Assembly (NCBI GenBank): GCA_028534125.1
Contig: CM052817.1
Span: 13,952,001 to 14,016,000, forward strand
DNA length: 64,000 bases
Direction: 5' to 3'
Origin: Lama glama
Lineage: Eukaryota
Within the stretch, counting starts at the first letter, position 1. Each line of letters begins with the position of its first letter. The notes beneath the pieces were generated by a model. The model was not told the DNA's origin, ran no database searches, and worked only from the letters and a program-made list of their open reading frames with translations. A program made the position numbers and the translations under genes. This document shows, one piece after another, positions 11,968 to 24,139 of the stretch.

Positions 11968-13438
11968 ATTGAAAAGGAGGGAATACTCCCAAACTCATTC
12001 TATGAAGCCACCATAACTGTGATACCAAAACCAGGCAAAGATACTACAAAAAAAAAAGAGAAAAATAGGCCAATATCACTGATGAACATAGATGCCAAAA
12101 TCCTCACCAAAATTTTAGCAAATAGAATCCAATAACACATAAAAAAGATTATACAACATGACCAAGTGGGGTTCATCCCAGGGACACAAGGCTGGTTCAA
12201 CATACGCAAATCAATCAATGTAATACATCACATCAACAAGAGAAAGAACAAAAACCACATGATCATCTCAATCGATGCAGAAAAAGCATTTGATAAAATT
12301 CAACACCCATTTATGATAAAAACTCTCACCAAAGTGGGTATAGAGGGGACATATCTCAACATCATAAAAGCTATACATGACAAACCTACAGCTAGCATAG
12401 TACTCAACGCTGAAAAACTCAAAAGCTTCCCACTAAAATCTGGGACAAGACAAGGATGCCCACTATCACCACTCCTATTCAACATAGTCCTGGTAGTCCT
12501 AGCCACAGCAGTCAGGCAAGAGTGAGAAATAAAAGGGATCCAAATTCGAAAAGAAGAGGTAAAAGTGTCACTATATGCCGATGACATGTTACTATATATA
12601 GGAAACCCTAAAAGGTCCACACAAAAACTACTAGAGTTGATCGAAGAATTCAGCAAGGTAGCAGGTTACAAAATTAATGTTCAAAAATCAGTTGCCTTTC
12701 TTTACACTAANNNNNNNNNNNNNNNNNNNNNNNNNNNNNNNNNNNNNNNNNNNNNNNNNNNNNNNNNNNNNNNNNNNNNNNNNNNNNNNNNNNNNNNNNN
12801 NNNNNNNNNNNNNNNNNNNNNNNNNNNNNNNNNNNNNNNNNNNNNNNNNNNNNNNNNNNNNNNNNNNNNNNNNNNNNNNNNNNNNNNNNNNNNNNNNNNN
12901 NNNNNNNNNNNNNNNNNNNNNNNNNNNNNNNNNNNNNNNNNNNNNNNNNNNNNNNNNNNNNNNNNNNNNNNNNNNNNNNNNNNNNNNNNNNNNNNNNNNN
13001 NNNNNNNNNNNNNNNNNNNNNNNNNNNNNNNNNNNNNNNNNNNNNNNNNNNNNNNNNNNNNNNNNNNNNNNNNNNNNNNNNNNNNNNNNNNNNNNNNNNN
13101 NNNNNNNNNNNNNNNNNNNNNNNNNNNNNNNNNNNNNNNNNNNNNNNNNNNNNNNNNNNNNNNNNNNNNNNNNNNNNNNNNNNNNNNNNNNNNNNNNNNN
13201 NNNNNNNNNNCTATTTACAATAGCCAAAACACAGAAATAGCCTAAATGTCCATCAACAGGTGACTGGATAAAGAAGAAGTGGTATATTTATACAATGGAA
13301 TACTATTCAGCCATAAAAATCGACAACATAATGCCATTTGCAGCAACATGGATGCTCCTGGAGAATGTCATTCTAAGTGAAGTAAGCCAGAAAGAGAAAG
13401 AAAAATATCATATGAGATCGCTCATATGTGGAATCTAA
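11968..13438 (+). pseudogene. Disrupted L1 ORF2 (reverse transcriptase and C-terminal segment)
   Basis: [70 protein letters not shown]; in-frame stops at 12133, 12523 and 13238; natural stop TAA at 13436-13438. Confidence 0.95.
12711..13210. other. Assembly gap (500 N)
   Basis: Run of exactly 500 N inside the L1. Confidence 1.
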
Positions 13439-13924
13439 AAAACAAAAACAAACAAACAAACAAAAACAAAGCGTAAATACAGGACAGAAATAGACTCACA
13501 GACAGAGAATACAGACTTGTGGTTGCCGGGGGGCGGAGGGTGGGAAGGGATAGACTGGGATTTCAAAATTGTAGAATAGATAAACAAGATTATACTGTAT
13601 AGCACAGGGAAATATACACGAAATGTTATGGCAGCTCACAGAGAAAAAAATGTGACAATGAGTGTGTATATGTCCATGTATGATTGAAAAATTGTGCTGA
13701 ACACTGGAATTTGACACAACATTGTAAAATGATTATAAATCAATAAAAAATATTAAAAAAAAACAAACAGTGGACCAGGCTGCTCTTATCCAGCCCTTTA
13801 TTTGGGTCCCATCTGTTCATGAAACACATCTCAGGGAACAAATAAAATATGTAAGAAAGTGTAAGAAATAGTTCTTATATCTGTCATTCAGCCAGATCTC
13901 TAGTTCACCTATTTTATAATGATG

Positions 13925-14110
13925 ACAGTAATAACAACTAATATTTATTGAGCTAAAGTGCTAAACACTTTATACATGAAGTCTCACTGAATCCTCTCAG
14001 TTGCTCTTTAAGATAGGTTCTTTTTTTTTTTTATCTTCTTTTTGCAAATGAGGAAACAGAGGCTCAGAGAAGTTAAGTAACTTGTTCCAGACCACACAGC
14101 AGTTGGTGAG
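13925..14110 (-). mobile_element. MIR SINE
   Basis: TTTGCAAATGAGGAAACAGAGGCTCAGAGAAGTTAAGTAACTTGTTCCAGACCACACAGC is the antisense MIR core. Confidence 0.85.
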
Positions 14111-15294
14111 AACTTGCTCAAGAGTAGTTAGTGAGTGGTGAAGTCATGATTTAGATGCTTGTTCATCTGATTCTATGTTCCCTCCTCTTACCCTCATCCT
14201 TCCAGTCCCTCTAATCCTTGGGTGTTGTACTCTGAAGACTGTCCCATGCTTGCAGCCCTCCTTGATCCAATCACTACCAAGTTGGATATGCTTCTCAAGC
14301 TGTAGCCCTGAGCCCCTCTCTTGAGCATGATTTAAGGCTTGCTTTCTGGCCCCAGGTCCCCACAACTGTGGATAAAAGATGTTTCTCAAACCTTGCCCTA
14401 GCCCTGCGGGGCCTGACCTTTCAGCATAAATGTGTCTACAGTGAACCAGGAGTGCTTGTCCCTCTGCTTTTATCACCAACAGCACTAGCATTAGGAAAAT
14501 TACCAGGTGCCTACATTTTTCATCTGTAAAATAAAAATCCACAGTATGCTTACAAGTTATATAGCTCTTCTGGAAATGAGAAAATTGAACTTTTCAAATT
14601 TTTAGTTGCAAGCTGTGCCGTAAAACATCATTACTGATTTTTTGATATGCACTTTCTGGTCTTTGTAATTCAAAGATGATGGTTTTGACTATCACCACTA
14701 TCATTCTGAACATCAGGAGCACAAAAGAGAGACCAAAACTTGAGGCAGCTGCATCCCTCACCTGAAGGGTGAGGTAAAATGCTTTCTTTGGGATTTGAAG
14801 TGCATACTTAGGAATCGTCTGCACTCCTTTTCCATAGCATTTAGGAATCTGTAAGGTTGTAGCCTAAGGACGTAGGGACAGAGACCCTAAAGGCTGGTAC
14901 ACTAATTTCCAAAATCAGAAAGTAAATACTCAGGGCTCACAAAGTGCTCTCCTGTTAGCTACCATTTTGATTTCAGAGACTAGATACCTGATGAAATGTG
15001 AGAGTTTTTGGTTGTGGTGGCTGGGAGGATAAAGTGGGGCTAAGCTTACAGAGCAGCAGTTATTCATCTTTAGACCAAGAAAATGTGAGTCCAATTAGAT
15101 CTCTGTATCTTAATAACCCTTCTTTTGCAATTCTTGTCAACACTTCATTTAAGTAACATTATAAGTATTGTACCCTCAATTAGACTTTTTATCTTCAAAC
15201 ACATTACACCCACAACCACCATGTTACTTAAAAATAAAATCTTAAAATCATTTATGTATTGATTCTTCTACCTGTCAATGCAGCCAAACAAATA

Positions 15295-16130
15295 AGTTTA
15301 TTAAACAGACATTTGTCAACAGCCCAATAAGTGCAAGGTGCTAGGAGTTTAAAACTAAGTGGCATGGTTTCTGGCAAGAGGGATACCCATTAGGAATTTA
15401 TGAAAGGCAGAATTCTATTATATCATGTGATGAGAGCTATAACAGTGGTGTGTAGAAACTGTTCTGAGAAAAGACATTTGGACAGAGTACTCATACATAG
15501 GAGACACCAATAATATGTGTTGGATGCAAGAACACGTATCTGTAGGTCATAGATGGAAGAATCTTAATTAAGATAGAACCTCATTTTAAACTTGAGTTTT
15601 TACAATATAAGATATGCATTTCATATGATTGAAACAAATTAATACATGGATAACAAGCAAATACATCTATGTTATGGGAGGGGAAGATGTCAGAAAAATA
15701 AAGAAAATCTCAACAACCACAAAAGCAAGTAAATCAAATAAATTAACTGTAATTAAAGATCACATGAGATAAGAACAATTAAAGTCATATAAGGAAAAGG
15801 TGGATGATTTCATAGTATGAAGAGCACTATTGGTCAGGGCCATTCATCTTGGGAGGAAAAAAATGCACGCATTGGACCTTGAAGGTGTGCGATTTTTGCA
15901 AAGGGCAAAGTCAGGAAAGGACATTGCAAGTGAATGCAAAATAGCACGATAAAGGTAAGAAGGTGGGTAATTATGGGATCTGTCATTTAGGCAGGGGTTC
16001 CAGGATGGAAGGGAAAGCTGGAATGCAGGTTTGTGCTGAAGGAGAGAGGAATTTTTCAAGGGTTTAGATTCTATAGTGAACAACAGCGACATGTTACAGT
16101 GTTTTGGGCCAAGGACTACCATGATTATCT
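15295..16130 (-). mobile_element. Degraded L2 fragments
   Basis: AACAGACATTTG...GTGCAAGGTGCTAGG; TTGGACCTTGAAGG...GGAAAGGACATTGCAAG; TTTAGATTCTATAGTGAACAACAG. Confidence 0.4.
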
Positions 16131-17396
16131 CTAAAGTCTGAAGATGTCAAACAATACTATCTTTATTTTCCAGATTATAATTTTAAAAAATTGAACCTTT
16201 CCCATTCCTGAAATAGTTGTTATTTTTATCATCACATTTAGACTGACTGTTCTGAAATGATCTGCAATTCGTTTCCTACTCTATTTTATTCTTTCACCCA
16301 ATAGCTATTTATTCTGTATCTGTTGTTGTTATTAACCTTGGCAGTGAGTATTTATCTAAAACAACTTCGGAACAGAAATTATTCAGATTAGCAATAATTC
16401 AAAGCCTGAGATCTGGATAATGTATTTGTGTCCATTAAGGAAACATTCATATCTCAATTTTAAATAGCTCCTATCCATCTGTCAAACTCAAGAATACTCA
16501 CATTCTAAAATATCTGAAATTAGAAATGTTAACTTTTATGCAGATTATTCTGTTGTTATTTCTCTCATGGTGACCATTCTGGCTGAGTCTAGACTATAAA
16601 TAAGTGATTGGCTGGTGTAAAATACCTAACCATGTATATGTTCTTAAAGGCTACTTGAGCATCCTATCATGCATAGACAGTCCTTTGATGTAAGCAATAG
16701 ATTTGAGGTCTAGGAACTGAATTTTCCACACATATCTGTTAAGAGAAATGTAGCTACTATTATCTTAATGGTTAAGTGTACCCTCAAATATACACGGCTT
16801 GAATGCTATTGTTGAATACATTGTGCTCAGTCAGCTAACCCAGGGGCGACAAAAAAGAAACTCTTCCATGGCTGGTTTGGCAGACAAGAAGCCACCTCTT
16901 CTGAAACATTGTAAAACACTCTGGCCCACAACCTGCAGGGGATGCTGCACTACAATGAGACTATCATGAATCCTTCCAAATTTCAGCCACTCAAGCAATT
17001 GTGTCTACCTCATATGGAAATCTCCCTTGTAGCCTTGTCTTTAGAAGAAGAGCAAAGCCAGAGGGAAAACAAGAAGGGGATCCCCGAGGTTTGAGAGCTC
17101 AAGATTCTTGCTTCGGTGCTCGGAGGGCCACGGCCAGGGTAGAAGGGCCAGGGTAGAAGAGCCAGGGCAGTAAGCATGAGAACACAACACGTACTTGGGC
17201 GGTGTAGCTCAGGAAAGTGATGACGGCATGCCACATAGCAAGCCCTTGAACTCCGAGACAGCTTTTATCCTAAGATTGAGGAAAATCCCATTTTCGACCC
17301 CCAGTACCTCTCTGCTTAACGCTAGGGATGAGGAGGGAGAAAAATCAGCCCCAACTCCACGGTCCCTGGTCTTTATTCAGGGGAAAATGAAGAATC

Positions 17397-17420
17397 AGAG
17401 AGAGAGAGAGAGAGAGAGAG
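17397..17420 (+). repeat. (AG)12 microsatellite
   Basis: Read directly. Confidence 0.95.
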
Positions 17421-18279
17421 ATGGTTTCAGTTTACAGTATCTCAACCATATCTCAAATAAACAAACACAAAAACAAAAAACATCTAGCCTTACCTTTGGC
17501 CAAGTTACCTGTAAGTAGGCTGGGGAAGTAAATTCATCACCTGGGTCCTTATACCTCTTTTGCCCTGTCTGCACTTTCTATTCCCACTCCCTTCTATCCT
17601 ACTTTGTATTACTTTGCTTACTTTTTCTTCATCTGCTTTTGTTTTATTCTCTTTGTCAGGGCCTTAGCCAAGCATTCCTCTGCAAGCTAGAGACCCCACA
17701 AAATTGGACATACTCATTGCCTTTCAAGAACTCAAAACATGGTGGTGACAAAAGATGGTGGTGATCAAAATCAAGACTGGGTCAGGATACTCATTTCTGG
17801 CAAAGTCAGACATTTTATATTCAGAAGCATTTTTTAACTTGGAGAATATTTATCATTTCTAAAAGGTTTTGATAAGAATGTCTCCTGACCAGTGCGGCTG
17901 TGTCAAAACCAGACACATGATGGAAATCCATGGCTCCATGGGGAGCCTGCAGTAGTGGAAATGCATCTGTGTAGGAATTCTTATTAAAGGAAGACACAGA
18001 AATACATTTTACCTGTCAGGAAATTTTTAAGTCTACATATGCAAAGTCAAGGCTGTTACAAGCCTGTAAAAACAGAGCCTGCTGGGAACATTCACAAGCT
18101 GACATCTTCCCATGTCTGCTGCGTTTGATCCAAGATAGAAAAAATGCAAGTGATTCCCCAAAGACTTTCCATACAAATAGGACTGTAGCATTTGTCTGTA
18201 ACTGGCAGAGATGCTAAAATAAAAATATTTTTAACTCTAAACACTTCCTCTAGGCTGAGATAAAAAATGCTATTTCAAG

Positions 18280-18875
18280 TTGGTCAGCCTGGGTGTTGGA
18301 AAGAAGGTCAGATTTGAATTCAGAAAGATGTGAGTTTGAATCCACGCTCCTTTACTGTCAGTCTGAGACTTTGAAAGGTGCACTTTGATTGGGGTAGTGA
18401 TAGCTACTGAGGTGAATGTGATGAATGGAAAAGTATTATTGGAGTGACTTAGAATTTAAGAAATTTTCACTAAAGAAAATATATGATGATTAAACAATAC
18501 ATAAGAATAAAGTTCATATTTGTGGATAAAGTTTATTCTCCTAGTGATATCTAAAATTATGTGTAATTAAGTAAAGCACGTCACATATACATACATAAGA
18601 GAAACATGTTCCAAGGAAAAATAGCTAAAATAGGTAAGATGTATACTGTATGCCAGGACCTGTTCTAAATAATTCATACGTTTTAAGGTATCCATTTTTC
18701 ACTAAGTCCAATTGTTATTTAAATACTGTATTTACTTTACAGTTGTGGTAACTAAGACACAGTAAAGTAAAGTAATTCACCCATCATCACACAGGGAGTC
18801 AGTGCTGTGGCTAAGGAGACTCAGACAGCCTGGTAGTAGAGCCCATGCATTTACTTACGGAACTGTACTTCCTGG
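18280..18875. mobile_element. Two MIR fragments (sense about 18280-18375; antisense about 18615-18875)
   Basis: GAGTTTGAATCCACGCTCC; TTTACAGTTGTGGTAACTAAGACACAG...AAGTAATTCACCCATCATCACACAG. Confidence 0.55.
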
Positions 18876-19121
18876 ACCACTGCCGAACAGTCAACAGTTT
18901 TTGTTAGAGAAGAAAGGAGCCCCATACAGTGTCAATTTAACTAAGATCCTTGCCCCGGAGTCTTAAGACGAAAAGAAAAAAAGGAAAGAAAAACTGATAT
19001 AATACTTATAGTGTCTGCGAGGTTAGTTGGTAGAACACTGCAGTAGAGTCTGTATGTGCTCCAGATCACACGGGTCAGATAAGAAGAAGAGAGAGTAAAT
19101 TTGGAGTGGTCAAGAACAGTC

Positions 19122-19164
19122 TTCATTCATTTGCCCATCCACCCATCCATCCACCCATCCATCC
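19122..19164 (+). repeat. Imperfect (CCAT/CCAC)n tetranucleotide repeat, probably an L2 tail derivative
   Basis: TTCATTCATTTGCCCATCCACCCATCCATCCACCCATCCATCC. Confidence 0.7.
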
Positions 19165-19174
19165 TTTCTGACTA

Positions 19175-19810
19175 TAGTAAAGTGATGCAGAGCAAACTTT
19201 TAGAGTTACGTAAACCTCAATTCTAGTTCCAGTTTTATCACTCACTAATTGTGTGATCTTGAGAAAGTAAGATTATCTGATTGAATCTCCCAAAGTCCAA
19301 ATCTTTTTTATATTTTTCAATGGGATAATATGAGAATTAAATAGCATGATGTTTGTAGACTTCTTCTAAGCACAGTATCTACAATATCAAACTCAATAAA
19401 TGATGGATATCAACATTAATATTCAGGCTTCCATATGTCAGGCACTGAATTATGTTCTGAAGATATAAATATGGGTAAGACACACGTCTTGCTCTCTCTG
19501 AGATCCAGTGGTCTAGTAGGGATATGGCATAAGTGTGATAAATATGGAATAGTTAATTCTACCAGGGTTTAGGCAAAAAAGAATCAGGAATAGAAAAATA
19601 ATGATAATAATTTGTTGAAATTTTCTGAAATACCAGGCACTGAGATAAGTGCTTAGGCCTCTCACTTGCTGTCTCATTTAATTTTCATGATGACCCCGCA
19701 AAGTAAGGACTAATGTTATTTCTATTCTAAAATGAAAAAAAAATAAGGTTTAGGGAAATGAAGTTATTTGCCCAGAGTCATATGCTCAGGGACAGAAGAG
19801 TGCAGACCTT
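19175..19810. mobile_element. MIR (sense, about 19175-19410), L2 piece, MIR (antisense, about 19600-19810)
   Basis: CACTCACTAATTGTGTGATCTTGAGAAAGT...CTCAATAAATG; TATGTCAGGCACTG; GGGAAATGAAGTTATTTGCCCAGAGTCA. Confidence 0.6.
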
Positions 19811-19984
19811 ACCCCAAGTTATCCCTAAAACTGAAAAATGAACAAGGCAGCCTTTAAGCTGTATCTTAAATGATGACCAGGCATTCTTAAGCAGACAGGT
19901 AGGAAAAGGTATTCAGGACTCAGAAATCAGTAAGAAAAATGACAAAAGAAAATCAAACCGTGTGATACATTCAGGAACTCTGGG

Positions 19985-20141
19985 TAATTCAGTATTCATT
20001 CAAGGACAACTTACTTAGGGTCCATGATGTGCCAGAGGCTTTTTTAGATATTGGACATATAAACCTGTAAGAGACATAGACTGAAATTCCTACCTGGGTG
20101 GAATTTATTCTCTTGGAAAGAGACAACCAAAGTAGCACATA

Positions 20142-20182
<41 letters not shown>

Positions 20183-20990
20183 AAGTCCTTTATAAAGTAA
20201 AATACAAAGAAAAGCAGTAAAATATAAAACCTATGTTCTAAGTGCTATTGAGAAAAATGAAGCAGGAAGGAGGTCAGAGTATACTGAGAGTAGGGAAATT
20301 TTCTGATTTTAAATAGGCAGGGAAGACTTAGTGAAGTAGATGACCTAAGAATCAAGCTCTGAAGGTGTGGGAGTGAGCCATTCAAGGTATCTCTGGGAAA
20401 AGTTTGCCAGGTCGAGGAGACAGCACCTGCAAAAGTCCAACAAGGAAGTGTGACAGGCGTGACTGTGGAACAGACAGGAAGTCACTGGATTTGGCAACAT
20501 GGAGAACATTGGTGATCTTGATAGGAGCATCTCAAAGAGATTGGTCTGAGCAAAATTCTGATCAGAGAGAGCTTGAAAGAGAGATGGGAGAGAAAAACTA
20601 GAGACTATGAACTTAGGTAAGCATCTTTTTTTGGAGGAAGCAACAAAATAGGACAGAAGTGAGGTGAAGAAAAGCTTTTTCACCTGAACATAGAGAGAAA
20701 AAAAAATGGTGATGAAGCAGAGAAAGGGGAGATTCTAGAGCAAAAATCTTGACTAGTGGGAGGGGCAGGAATCTCAGCCACAAGCTGGCTGGAGTATAAA
20801 CTGTATGCACATGTATTGATGGAGAGAGGGATGGAGGCCAAATAAGGCAGTTTGGTAGAGATTTGATGAGAGTTTTGTAGGGACCAAATCATGAAGGATT
20901 TTCCATGCCAGGCTCAGAGGTTTGGAATTTGTCCTTTTGAAACTGGGGTCTTAAAAAATTTTAGGGATGGGAATGAAATGTTGGAATGAG
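19985..20990 (-). mobile_element. L2 LINE fragments
   Basis: ATTCATTCAAGGACAACTTACT...GTGCCAG; GAAGGTGTGGGAGTGAGCCAT; CTGGATTTGGCAACATGGAGAACATTGGTGATCTTGATAGGAGCA. Confidence 0.7.
20145..20178 (+). repeat. (AC)17 microsatellite
   Basis: Read directly. Confidence 0.95.
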
Positions 20991-21199
20991 CTTCAACATG
21001 AAGGTGAGACTTGTGCTTTGAGGCATTTATGGAGTTAGAAAAAAATGAGAGGGTAAAGGAAAGAAGATTAAACCAAAAAGTCAACAACAGTGATGACCCA
21101 GAACGAGAATGAGTTTGGTGTATGGGAAACTGGTAGAGATCAGGTCCTTCTGGGGAAGGACCAGGAAATAGGAATTATATAAGGAAGGCTCAGAATTAG

Positions 21200-21400
21200 C
21201 TTATTAGGTTCTGACTCTGCCACATACTATCTCTGTAATATTGGGAATTTACCTAATTTCCCTTTATCTAATAACTCTTTATAGAAAAATAGGGGTAATG
21301 ATACTAGCTCCCCCATAAGGAGAATTACATTAAATAATATGGATAAAGTATCACCCTTGTGCCTGGCACACAGTAAATTTTCACAAAATGTTAGCCATTA
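21200..21400 (+). mobile_element. MIR SINE
   Basis: GACTCTGCCACATACTA...AAAATAGGGGTAATGATACT...GTGCCTGGCACACAGTAA...ATGTTAGCCATTA. Confidence 0.7.
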
Positions 21401-23054
21401 CTATATGTAGTATCTCAGGAGTTGGGAGAACAGGAGAGACTGGTCCCAGGTTTATGGATTATAATAGAAGGAAATATGACTGAAAGCACCAGGATTTCAG
21501 GAGGCTGATTACATTACATAAATCTAAATATTGACCCCTAATATCCAAATTCATAATTTAAAAGGCCAAGGCTTACAGCAGAATTTATGTAGACTAACCC
21601 TTGAGATAATACAAAGGTCAGAATAGCTCTAAAAATTAATAATTAGGAGGGTTGAGCTTTGAAAATGAAAGGACATATGACTAGCTCTTAAAACTAAAAA
21701 AAAGTGTCATTTAAAATATATACAATGCCTGTCTCCCTGCTGCTGCTAAATTTTCATTTTTTATGAATTCAAATAGGCTAGGAACAAAATTTAATGCTTC
21801 AGAAGAATGTTTGATTGATGGTCATTTCTCTGTAATGAGAATTATTTGAATGTGACAGCCAGCATCAACACATTGAAGAAAGAATGACATACTATGTCAT
21901 ACTGTAGCCTCCTTCGGAAGGGCTCTTCACACTTACCAGAAACCCAAATTACAAACAGAATCTTATCTCACTTATCAAGAATAGATCACTATCTATACGT
22001 TTCTTCATTTTATCTTAAAATTACTTTTCTTTAATGTTAACATCTGCTCAATGAATCAAACTGGATAGAGAGTTCTTTTCTAAGTTTTCCAGTTCAGTAG
22101 CAACATATTTATTATTTTTCTCTGAGAAGCAGCCTCAGTTATCACTCAGTTCTGTTTTATGCATTAAAGATCACAGCAGGTAGGGTTTTAAAATGTAATC
22201 ATAAGGTTCTGCTCTGTTTCTGGCTACTCAGTTAATATCTGCAACTAGAAGTAAGAAAATGACACTGATTTGGTTTTAAGATAACAGATTTAACTCTCAG
22301 CGTTAAGAATTTTTGTCAAAGGGGATGTTGAATGGTAGTAAATTCATGAAATGTCATTCTTTGATCACAAAAGCTACAAGGAGCATGAACAAAAATAAAT
22401 CTTAAGAGGCTACCATAGGAGCAACTAGATAGTAGTTTTCAAGCAGGTATCAGGTTTTGTTTTCAGTTCTTATACTGGCTATCCCAAAATGTTAAGGAGT
22501 GAATACAACAGCTTTAATCAGCTTACAATAGTCAAATTTCATCCCCAAGCTGACAGGTTCCTGGGTAAAAAGGACACAACTTCTGAAAATGTACTTTGTA
22601 TGGTTGTGTTGTAAGAATTCAACTGAAATGGATGCAAGCCTACCAGATTATTGGGCATAACATGTAAGTTAAACATAATTTCTCCATTAATTGGTCTTAA
22701 TGTATCAGACAAAATGGCTCATTAAAAAGATTGTATTGAAAAGCAAGTTTCCTAGTGGCAAATGAGTCTATGAGAATATCCTTAAAATACAAGGCTGTGA
22801 TATAAGAAATTTTTGATGAAATTTATAAAGTAGAGATAGAAAGAGTTGCCAGTTTAATACAACGTGCAATCAAGATGATCTGGGGCACCTACCGAGGTCT
22901 GTAAGACGGACATCGAGTGTTTGGTCCTTCTCAGCATCTATTTTCTTTTCTTTTGACAACAGAAGCTGGGTTTCCTTTGGGGAACTGTCTCTCTCCAACT
23001 GCACATTGTCATGTTATCTTGGTATCAGTGTGACTTAAGAGGAAGAATAAGGGA

Positions 23055-23245
23055 CATACAGCCAGAAAACTGAGAGATCCACGGCCAGGCTCTGGCTCAG
23101 TGTAACCTTGGCTATGTCATGTAACCTTTGCAAAGATCTGATTTCTCATTGTTAGGATAAAACCAACGCCAGTACTAATACAAATACCTCGCAGGGCTGT
23201 TCTGAGGACGACATAAGTAATGCATGAGAAAGCACTGCTACACGG
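23055..23245 (+). mobile_element. MIR SINE
   Basis: GTAACCTTGGCTATGTCATGTAACCT...TACCTCGCAGGGCTGTTCTGAGGA...TAATGCATGAGAAAGCACT. Confidence 0.7.
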
Positions 23246-24139
23246 ATATTAAGAATACCTAGGGGTTGCTTGCTGATGTAGACCAGCATGACCGACCTTG
23301 AGTGGAAAGCTTATTACAAGGTGGGAAAAAAATAAAAAGATGAAGACACCAATGAGTGAATTGTATGGTATGTAGATGACACTTTGATAGACTGTTGCAA
23401 ATGATGATGGCGGTTTATTTTTACCAGTAAGTGGCCTTTCCATTATTGATATGAGGATAATAAATGTATCTTACGTAAAATAAGGGATCAAAGTAATGCC
23501 CATTTGACATCCCCCATGAACCAGGCTGACATTAGGGAGACACTGAATACCCCAGATATACTGGCTTTGGCTTCCTAAGAATGGAGTGCAGCCTGGTGAG
23601 GGGCTTGGGAAGAGAGCCCTAAGCCTGCTCACCATTCATGTCTGGTGGGCACTGCCAGGGAAGGCATTTCTTGGCGTTATTTACACCATCAAGGCCAATT
23701 TTGTTTCCCTTTTGTAAATGAGATAGAACCACTTGCCCACGGCATGTAACCTCAGGACTGTACAGTACCCTAATGACAGACGACGTACAGCTTATTTTAG
23801 ATTCACTTTTTTTCCTTAAACGTCGTACACAGAAAAGAAGTGGTACAGAATTCAGAGGTAATGGGGAACAAAAAGCACTTGAGTGTTAATTTAAGGAGTG
23901 TGCATAAACTTCATGCAGATTTAAATTTCCCAACAGCTTGCAAATGGGTTACTCAAGAATTCAAAAAAGCAGTTTCTGGAGGTACATTAGTCATAAAGAC
24001 CACAGAATGTAGCTTTTTATGCTTCTTGTTTTCTTTTATATTCTGTCCCCTCCTGACTCATACAGTCTACCAGGGTGGTACATGGGCGCTTGACTGCATC
24101 CAAGGATGTCTGTGGAAGCCGAGGCCTTCCAAAGTGGAC

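Larger units (their letters stand above)
11965..13764 (+). mobile_element. Young 5'-truncated LINE-1 (RT region to poly-A), spanning an assembly gap
   Basis: ORF2 peptide match; 3'UTR with G-rich tract (13528-13559), AATAAA at 13742 and A tail; TSD AAACAGTGGAC at 11954-11964 and 13765-13775; TT|AAAA endonuclease site at 11951/11952. Confidence 0.97.

Noticed and set aside
12565..13245. Longest ORFs (226, 187 and 179 aa)
   Set aside because: Their length is an artefact of reading through the 500-N gap.
11965..13764. RT as part of a novel retron/DGR-like system
   Set aside because: It is ordinary LINE-1 ORF2 with TSD, 3'UTR and poly-A; no accessory genes or structured RNA partner seen.
17133..17174. 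CRISPR-like repeats
   Set aside because: Direct tandem copies without spacers in a mammalian genome; no CRISPR array anywhere in the window.
21460..22800. Possible CR1/L3 remnants (also near 54700-54850)
   Set aside because: Similarity too faint to support without an HMM search.
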